From IMG/VR virus record IMGVR_UViG_2671180903_000007: a DNA stretch of 4,588 nucleotides. One strand, given 5' to 3'. Origin of the DNA: a virus. Lineage: Duplodnaviria; Heunggongvirae; Uroviricota; Caudoviricetes. Shown one piece after another: positions 1 through 4,588 of this stretch. The first letter of the stretch is position 1. Every line of letters starts with the position of its first letter. The notes under the pieces were generated by a model. That model saw only the letters and a list, made by a program, of their open reading frames with translations. It was not told the DNA's origin and made no database searches. A program made the position numbers and the translations under genes.

Positions 1-2
1 CG

Positions 3-767
3 GTGGTACTGGCAACCCGTAAATACGTGGATGATGAAGTCCTGGAATTAAAGCTGTATGTGGATGACCAGATGAGAAACCACATTGCCGCACAGGATCC
101 TCATACCCAGTATGCGCAGAAACATAATCCGACATTTACCGGAGAACCAAAAGCGCCGACGCCTGCCGCAGGAAATAACACCACGCGGATTGCGACCACT
201 GAGTTTGTTCAGGCCGCTATTACCGCTCTGATTAACGGTGCGCCAGCCACACTGGACACACTGAAAGAAATTGCCGCGGCCATTAACAATGACCCGAAAT
301 TCAGCACCACCATTAACAATGCGCTGTCAGGTAAGCAGCCACTGGATGAGACGCTGACTCATTTGAGCGGAAAGGATGTTGCTGGTCTTCTCGCATACCT
401 TGGTTTGGGAGAAGCGGCAAAACGGAATGTAGGTAACGGGCAAAACCAAATTCCGGATATGGCGGCATTTGCCAGTTCACTTTCATCAACGGGTTTTCAA
501 AAACTCCCTTCAGGTCTGATTATTCAGTGGGGTATTGTCAGTGGAGCATCAAACTATACGGTGACTTACCCGGTAACATTCCCAAATCGTTCACTTGCGC
601 TGTTGGCTGTGCCACATACAACGTCGGTGGCTGGTATATCTGCAATGGGCATAGCGAACTGTTCTGATATCAGCAAATCACAGTTCTATATAATTGTTGG
701 CGGTATATCTCAGGGAGAAATTGTCAAACATGAAAGGTCCTGTTTTTGGGTAGCAATCGGTGTATAG
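3..767 (+). CDS. Phage tail fibre protein, 5'-partial: constant region fused in frame to variable C-terminal cassette Sv1
   Basis: ORF is open from the window edge, so the gene continues upstream. It contains the tail-fibre-type motif TTEFVQAAITALINGAPATLDTLKEIAAAINND. The segment from codons LGLGEAAKRNVG (nt ~399 onward) to the stop at 765-767 is duplicated as a mirror copy on the minus strand at 2860-3222. This is the pattern expected for a constant region joined to an invertible variable tip, as in Mu S or P1 gene 19. Confidence 0.85.
   Translation: MVLATRKYVDDEVLELKLYVDDQMRNHIAAQDPHTQYAQKHNPTFTGEPKAPTPAAGNNTTRIATTEFVQAAITALINGAPATLDTLKEIAAAINNDPKFSTTINNALSGKQPLDETLTHLSGKDVAGLLAYLGLGEAAKRNVGNGQNQIPDMAAFASSLSSTGFQKLPSGLIIQWGIVSGASNYTVTYPVTFPNRSLALLAVPHTTSVAGISAMGIANCSDISKSQFYIIVGGISQGEIVKHERSCFWVAIGV
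388..413 (+). other. Crossover site L for a Gin/Hin/Cin/Pin-type invertase (26 bp, imperfect dyad)
   Basis: TTCTCGCATACC-TT-GGTTTGGGAGAA fits the recalled half-site pattern of gix/hix sites (TTnnnnnAAACC / GGTTTnnnAnAA around a central dinucleotide). Identity with the other two copies begins exactly at the central TT (400-401). The site lies inside the tail fibre reading frame. The consensus is from memory, not from a search. Confidence 0.6.
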
Positions 768-775
768 GTATATCT

Positions 776-1171
776 ATGATTTATTTCTCAAAATCGACTA
801 ATGGTTTTTTCTTTGATGGTATAAACAGCGACATGCCTGCTGACATTGTTGAGATAAGTACAGACTTATACAATGAATTAATTGCCGGACAGCAGGAAGG
901 GGGTAAATTAATCACGTCAGATGAAAATGGTTTACCGGTACTGAAATCTCCGGCGATTGATTATGTCGCACGTGCTGAAAATCAGCGAATGCAGTTACTT
1001 GCTCATGCCGATAATGTCACAGCTGACTGGCGGGTGGAATTAATGCTTGGTGATATCAGCAGTACAGATAAAGAAAAACTATCTGCCTGGATGGATTACA
1101 AAAAAGAAGTAAAAGCCGTCGACACTTCGACGGCTCCTGAGATTAGCTGGCCTGAGTTACCGGAGGCGTAG
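776..1171 (+). CDS. Tail fibre assembly protein (Tfa chaperone, type 1), cognate to Sv1
   Basis: C-terminus VDTSTAPEISWPELPEA matches the conserved Tfa C-terminal motif (P2 G / Mu U / lambda Tfa family). It lies immediately downstream of Sv1 on the same strand. Start is placed at ATG 776, preceded by AGGT 6 nt upstream; the ORF track start at 746 is a TTG inside the fibre gene. Confidence 0.8.
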   Translation: MIYFSKSTNGFFFDGINSDMPADIVEISTDLYNELIAGQQEGGKLITSDENGLPVLKSPAIDYVARAENQRMQLLAHADNVTADWRVELMLGDISSTDKEKLSAWMDYKKEVKAVDTSTAPEISWPELPEA

Positions 1172-1586
1172 GCCATTCAATATCTGGCGCACCGGAAGTA
1201 TCGACCAGCTCCAGTGTGTCCAGATAATCCAGCCACAAATTATATTGCGCCAGTTCCTCACCTTTCAGACGACCAATAGCCGCTTTACCGGGCCATTGCT
1301 TACTGTTCATGTATTCGTTAGCCTGGTTAATTAGTAGCTGTCTTTCTGATTCAGTAATTTCAATAAGCTCTTCATGCGTGGGTGGAGGAATATCTGCCCA
1401 CGCAGGCAGCCCATCATCTCCGGCAATACGGATTTTTCCTTGTGGCGGTTCAGCCATAAACTCACTGATAATATTTTGATTCACCTCCTTTGCATCTGAT
1501 AAATCCCATCCCTCTGATTTATATTTATCAATCATATCCACAGGGAAAAAAGCATTATGCCTTGCGCTATAAACATATTCGTTCAT
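1143..1586 (-). CDS. Tail fibre assembly protein (Tfa chaperone, type 2), cognate to Sv3
   Basis: C-terminus LVDTSGAPDIEWPTPPVTQAS is the same Tfa motif. It is convergent with the type-1 Tfa gene and overlaps it by 29 bp at the 3' ends. Start is placed at ATG 1586; an alternative GTG at 1595 would give a protein beginning MIY, like type 1. Confidence 0.8.
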   Translation of the reverse strand: MNEYVYSARHNAFFPVDMIDKYKSEGWDLSDAKEVNQNIISEFMAEPPQGKIRIAGDDGLPAWADIPPPTHEELIEITESERQLLINQANEYMNSKQWPGKAAIGRLKGEELAQYNLWLDYLDTLELVDTSGAPDIEWPTPPVTQAS

Positions 1587-1634
1587 ATAAATCACCCTGA
1601 ATAAAATTACTCACCAACAGCCCACCAACTGTAA

Positions 1635-1660
1635 TTCATCGATACATTGGTTTGGGAGAA
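1635..1660 (+). other. Crossover site M (third copy, direct orientation relative to L; outer half-site atypical)
   Basis: 1647-1680 is identical to 400-433 (34 bp, starting at the central TT). The outer half TTCATCGATACA (1635-1646) is not a dedicated half-site; all but its last base belongs to the inverted-repeat arm, being the Sv3 C-terminal codons read on the opposite strand. Confidence 0.4.
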
Positions 1661-2020
1661 GCGGCAAAACGGAATGTAGGAACAGGGGAAAATCAGATAC
1701 CGGATATGGCTTCTTTTGCCAGTGGTGATGGATGGATGAAATTACCCAACGGTAAAATCCTGCAATATGGTCGAGGTGCGGTTACGCCGACATTATCGAC
1801 GCAAACAATGAGAATTACATTCAGCATCCCTTTTCCTAAAAAAGTGGACTGCGCCATGCTTACCCATTCTGGTGATGGTGGTGCGCCTTTAGGCGCTGGA
1901 CGGGGATTCGTGATGACTGCAGAAGGTCCAACACTAACCGGTTTTAATTCCGCTTACAGAACTGCATCAACCAGTTCCACAGTATCGATGAATTACAGTT
2001 GGTGGGCTGTTGGTGAGTAA
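1652..2020 (+). CDS. Silent alternative tail-fibre C-terminal cassette Sv3 (no start of its own)
   Basis: Begins with the same GEAAKRNVG crossover-encoded peptide as Sv1 and then diverges (GTGENQIPDMASFAS vs GNGQNQIPDMAAFAS) into an unrelated ~110-aa tip. It is in the same frame relative to the crossover centre as Sv1. The M in the ORF track is a TTG codon inside the crossover sequence. It is followed on the same strand by Tfa type 2. Confidence 0.6.
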   Translation: MGEAAKRNVGTGENQIPDMASFASGDGWMKLPNGKILQYGRGAVTPTLSTQTMRITFSIPFPKKVDCAMLTHSGDGGAPLGAGRGFVMTAEGPTLTGFNSAYRTASTSSTVSMNYSWWAVGE

Positions 2021-2040
2021 TTTTATTCAGGGTGATTTAT

Positions 2041-2484
2041 ATGAACGAATATGTTTATAGCGCAAGGCATAATGCTTTTTTCCCTGTGGATATGATTGAT
2101 AAATATAAATCAGAGGGATGGGATTTATCAGATGCAAAGGAGGTGAATCAAAATATTATCAGTGAGTTTATGGCTGAACCGCCACAAGGAAAAATCCGTA
2201 TTGCCGGAGATGATGGGCTGCCTGCGTGGGCAGATATTCCTCCACCCACGCATGAAGAGCTTATTGAAATTACTGAATCAGAAAGACAGCTACTAATTAA
2301 CCAGGCTAACGAATACATGAACAGTAAGCAATGGCCCGGTAAAGCGGCTATTGGTCGTCTGAAAGGTGAGGAACTGGCGCAATATAATTTGTGGCTGGAT
2401 TATCTGGACACACTGGAGCTGGTCGATACTTCCGGTGCGCCAGATATTGAATGGCCTACGCCTCCGGTAACTCAGGCCAGCTAA
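2041..2484 (+). CDS. Tail fibre assembly protein type 2, second copy (identical to 1143-1586)
   Basis: Identical 150-aa translation in the ORF track. ATG 2041 is preceded by AGGGTGA; an alternative GTG lies at 2032. It sits directly downstream of Sv3 on the same strand. Confidence 0.8.
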   Translation: MNEYVYSARHNAFFPVDMIDKYKSEGWDLSDAKEVNQNIISEFMAEPPQGKIRIAGDDGLPAWADIPPPTHEELIEITESERQLLINQANEYMNSKQWPGKAAIGRLKGEELAQYNLWLDYLDTLELVDTSGAPDIEWPTPPVTQAS

Positions 2485-2851
2485 TCTCAGGAGCCGTCGA
2501 AGTGTCGACGGCTTTTACTTCTTTTTTGTAATCCATCCAGGCAGATAGTTTTTCTTTATCTGTACTGCTGATATCACCAAGCATTAATTCCACCCGCCAG
2601 TCAGCTGTGACATTATCGGCATGAGCAAGTAACTGCATTCGCTGATTTTCAGCACGTGCGACATAATCAATCGCCGGAGATTTCAGTACCGGTAAACCAT
2701 TTTCATCTGACGTGATTAATTTACCCCCTTCCTGCTGTCCGGCAATTAATTCATTGTATAAGTCTGTACTTATCTCAACAATGTCAGCAGGCATGTCGCT
2801 GTTTATACCATCAAAGAAAAAACCATTAGTCGATTTTGAGAAATAAATCAT
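2456..2851 (-). CDS. Tail fibre assembly protein type 1, second copy (identical to 776-1171)
   Basis: Identical 141-aa translation in the ORF track. Mirror of 776-1171 under p to 3627-p. Confidence 0.8.
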   Translation of the reverse strand: MIYFSKSTNGFFFDGINSDMPADIVEISTDLYNELIAGQQEGGKLITSDENGLPVLKSPAIDYVARAENQRMQLLAHADNVTADWRVELMLGDISSTDKEKLSAWMDYKKEVKAVDTSTAPEISWPELPEA

Positions 2852-2859
2852 AGATATAC

Positions 2860-3222
2860 CTATACACCGATTGCTACCCAAAAACAGGACCTTTCATGTT
2901 TGACAATTTCTCCCTGAGATATACCGCCAACAATTATATAGAACTGTGATTTGCTGATATCAGAACAGTTCGCTATGCCCATTGCAGATATACCAGCCAC
3001 CGACGTTGTATGTGGCACAGCCAACAGCGCAAGTGAACGATTTGGGAATGTTACCGGGTAAGTCACCGTATAGTTTGATGCTCCACTGACAATACCCCAC
3101 TGAATAATCAGACCTGAAGGGAGTTTTTGAAAACCCGTTGATGAAAGTGAACTGGCAAATGCCGCCATATCCGGAATTTGGTTTTGCCCGTTACCTACAT
3201 TCCGTTTTGCCGCTTCTCCCAA
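2860..3222 (-). CDS. Silent inverted copy of the Sv1 tail-fibre C-terminal cassette
   Basis: 120-aa translation identical to the C-terminal 120 aa of the 3-767 ORF. No constant region is upstream of it on the minus strand; the apparent start is TTG inside the crossover sequence. Confidence 0.6.
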   Translation of the reverse strand: MGEAAKRNVGNGQNQIPDMAAFASSLSSTGFQKLPSGLIIQWGIVSGASNYTVTYPVTFPNRSLALLAVPHTTSVAGISAMGIANCSDISKSQFYIIVGGISQGEIVKHERSCFWVAIGV

Positions 3223-3239
3223 ACCAACGTTTTATGGAA
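3214..3239 (-). other. Crossover site R (inverted relative to L)
   Basis: Plus strand reads TTCTCCCAAACC-AA-CGTTTTATGGAA. Read on the minus strand it is TTCCATAAAACG-TT-GGTTTGGGAGAA, with the same centre and inner half as L and an outer half that differs from L. Inverted-repeat identity ends exactly at the central dinucleotide (3226-3227). Confidence 0.6.
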
Positions 3240-3328
3240 TCGGTTAAATATGATGTTGAAAGAAGGGAATGTCCTAGTATTGATTGTTAGATAAAAATGG
3301 AAAGTGCTGATTGTAACGGTATATTTTA

Positions 3329-3364
3329 AGATGGTAACACCAAATGGTGCTACCATCTTTATTA
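3329..3364. terminator. Candidate intrinsic terminator hairpin
   Basis: AGATGGTAACACC-AAAT-GGTGCTACCATCT forms a 13-bp stem with one mismatch and a 4-nt loop, followed on the plus strand by TTTATTAG. It lies just below the stop of the minus-strand 105-aa ORF (3366-3368) and downstream of the fibre cassette on the plus strand, so it could act in either direction. Confidence 0.4.
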
Positions 3365-3365
3365 G

Positions 3366-3683
3366 TTATCTGTTCCTTCTGAGGATTCCGCTACTCCCTT
3401 GTGTTGTAGGGTTTAATTTTTTCCAATAATGATAACCTTGTGATGTAATCCTTAGAGAGGCAGTATCTACACTCCATCCATCATTACTTTCAGGAGAACC
3501 ATCGAAGATTACCTTTCCTGTAAGATACCCATCGTCATGCAGAAAGGCGATATATCCATAAACTTCTTTTAAATCACCAATTTCATTGACTAGGCGTTCC
3601 CACGCTTGAACAGTGATTCTCTCTGGATAGGCTTCGACAAAATATTTCAGTGTGGTAGTTTTTTTATTGATATCGATGTTCAT
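3366..3683 (-). CDS. Hypothetical protein, 105 aa, solitary gene in an AT-rich island (possible moron)
   Basis: ATG at 3683-3681 with AGGA about 8 nt upstream on the minus strand. Hand-counted GC is about 32-38% here versus about 60% in a hand-counted stretch of the invertase gene. I cannot assign it to a family by eye. Confidence 0.65.
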   Translation of the reverse strand: MNIDINKKTTTLKYFVEAYPERITVQAWERLVNEIGDLKEVYGYIAFLHDDGYLTGKVIFDGSPESNDGWSVDTASLRITSQGYHYWKKLNPTTQGSSGILRRNR

Positions 3684-3881
3684 CAGATTTTCCTTTTATT
3701 GAGGTCAACCTATCTTACCATACTTAATTGTTTCACATGGGAATGCTAAGTGGGCTATGTATCCACTATCAGTAAATATTCTTATCCAGCAAGATTACTG
3801 TAACTGAGAGCCCCATAGCCTTGTCCGCTTGTACATATATAGATAATTCTGTGTCATTATTCTGTTTTTATAGGGATTTTT
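3684..3881. promoter_or_regulatory. Divergent AT-rich intergenic region, presumed to hold promoters for the 105-aa ORF and the invertase
   Basis: 198-bp non-coding gap between divergently oriented start codons. A possible -10 GATAAT at 3842-3847 and -35-like TTGTCC at 3821-3826 have suboptimal spacing. An AGGGA ribosome-binding site lies 9 nt before ATG 3882. Promoter positions are not established. Confidence 0.3.
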
Positions 3882-4475
3882 ATGCGTATAGGTTATGTTC
3901 GTGTATCAACAAATGACCAGAACACGGAATTGCAGCGTAACGCGCTCGAGTGCGCAGGATGTGAGCTGATTTTTGAGGATAAAATCAGCGGCACGAAGTC
4001 CGACCGACCGGGACTGAAAAAACTGCTCAGAACATTATCAGCAGGTGACACTCTGGTAGTCTGGAAGCTGGACCGGCTGGGGCGTAGTATGCGGCATCTG
4101 GTCATTCTGGTTGAGGAGCTGCGCGAACGCGGCGTTAATTTTCGCAGCCTGACAGATGCTATTGATACCAGCACGCCGATGGGGCGTTTTTTCTTTCATG
4201 TGATGGGTGCTCTGGCTGAAATGGAGCGAGAACTCATTGTCGAGCGGACACGCGCCGGACTGGAAGCGGCCAGAGCCAAAGGGCGTATTGGTGGCAGACG
4301 TCCGAAGCTCACCGCGAGTGAGTGGGAACAGGCAGGACGGTTGCTGGCTGCGGGTGAATCACGTCAACGCGTGGCGCTGATTTTTGATATTGGCCTGTCC
4401 ACGCTCTATAAAAAATTCCCCTCATCAGCGGCAAAGAATAAATTGTGTCATCCCTTAGCCAACCGGGACAAATAG
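3882..4475 (+). CDS. Serine DNA invertase, Gin/Pin/Cin/Hin family (small serine recombinase)
   Basis: N-terminus MRIGYVRVSTNDQNTELQRNAL with the catalytic Ser at codon 9 (3906-3908). Central motifs DTLVVWKLDRLGRS and MGRFFFHVMGALAEMERELI, and a C-terminal helix-turn-helix region (GLSTLYKK), are near-identical to Gin of Mu and Pin of e14 as I recall them. Confidence 0.95.
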   Translation: MRIGYVRVSTNDQNTELQRNALECAGCELIFEDKISGTKSDRPGLKKLLRTLSAGDTLVVWKLDRLGRSMRHLVILVEELRERGVNFRSLTDAIDTSTPMGRFFFHVMGALAEMERELIVERTRAGLEAARAKGRIGGRRPKLTASEWEQAGRLLAAGESRQRVALIFDIGLSTLYKKFPSSAAKNKLCHPLANRDK

Positions 4476-4534
4476 CCTGACATCTCCGGCACAACTGAAA
4501 ATATCACTCACCCATTAACCACGGAGTTAAACGG

Positions 4535-4588
4535 ATGAGTGACTATCATCACGGCGTGCAGGTGCTGGAGATTAACGACGGCACCCGC
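4535..4588 (+). CDS. Tail sheath protein (P2 FI-like), 3'-partial, first 18 codons
   Basis: MSDYHHGVQVLEINDGTR closely matches my recollection of the N-terminus of the P2 FI major tail sheath protein. GGAG lies 9 nt upstream of ATG 4535. The ORF runs off the window end. Confidence 0.6.
   Translation, partial: MSDYHHGVQVLEINDGTR

Larger units (their letters stand above)
400..1645. repeat. Left arm of a 1,246-bp perfect inverted repeat (mirror partner 1982-3227)
   Basis: Mirror relation is position p to 3627-p. The three ORF pairs in the track translate identically (120 aa, 141 aa, 150 aa). Hand-checked end stretches are base-for-base reverse complements: 737-776 vs 2851-2890 and 1596-1645 vs 1982-2031. 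Identity breaks at 1646/1981 and at 399/3228. Confidence 0.9.
1982..3227. repeat. Right arm of the 1,246-bp perfect inverted repeat (mirror of 400-1645)
   Basis: See left arm. Contains the Sv3 3' end, Tfa type 2 (+), Tfa type 1 (-), a silent Sv1 copy (-) and the inner half of site R. Confidence 0.9.

Noticed and set aside
746-775. TTG start at 746 for Tfa type 1, as in the ORF track
   Set aside because: It overlaps the end of the fibre gene and has no ribosome-binding site. ATG 776 with an AGGT upstream is more plausible, though the upstream start cannot be excluded.
1638-1643. ATCGAT palindrome at the arm-core junction as a sign of an engineered cloning junction
   Set aside because: Arm identity continues 2 bp past the palindrome (to 1645) and the break does not coincide with the site, so there is no specific support for an engineered junction.
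1652-2020. Treating the 122-aa ORF as an independent gene with its own start
   Set aside because: The apparent start is a TTG codon inside the crossover sequence, and the peptide begins with the same crossover-encoded residues as the internal Sv1 region. It is better explained as a silent C-terminal cassette awaiting fusion to the constant region.
3893-4174. 93-aa minus-strand ORF inside the invertase gene
   Set aside because: It lies entirely antisense within a strongly supported, highly conserved invertase coding sequence. Its Ser/Arg-rich translation looks like a by-product of the GC-rich coding strand, and there is no ribosome-binding site or homology support.
4444-4470. TGT ... ACA dyad as a P2-type activator-dependent late promoter element upstream of the sheath gene
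   Set aside because: The position relative to the sheath start is roughly right, but the spacing between the TGT and ACA arms is 19-21 nt rather than the about 12 nt I recall for P2 late promoters, so I do not call it.
4309-4494. 61-aa minus-strand ORF overlapping the invertase 3' end
   Set aside because: Same reasoning: antisense to a conserved gene, short, with no supporting signals.
1-4588. CRISPR arrays, tRNA, rRNA or other structured RNA genes
   Set aside because: No short direct repeats with spacers and no tRNA-like sequence were seen. The only large repeats are the inverted arms described above.

Overview
This window is the tail-fibre host-range switching region of a P2-like prophage, built like the Mu G segment or P1 C segment. 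It holds the 3' end of a tail fibre gene (3-767), two kinds of tail fibre assembly (Tfa) chaperone genes, a Gin/Pin/Cin/Hin-family serine DNA invertase (3882-4475), and the first 18 codons of a P2 FI-like tail sheath gene (4535-4588). The unusual part is that the invertible cassette is present as a 2.8-kb foldback: two perfectly mirrored 1,246-bp arms (400-1645 and 1982-3227) around a 336-bp unique core (1646-1981). It carries three copies of the in-frame crossover sequence, two direct (400, 1647) and one inverted (3194-3227). In this configuration the alternative fibre tip (Sv3, 1652-2020) cannot be expressed by one simple inversion. An AT-rich island (about 3230-3880) sits between the cassette and the invertase and carries one unrecognised 105-aa ORF, the best candidate here for something undescribed. 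All calls come from reading the sequence and ORF track and from recalled family features; no searches were run.
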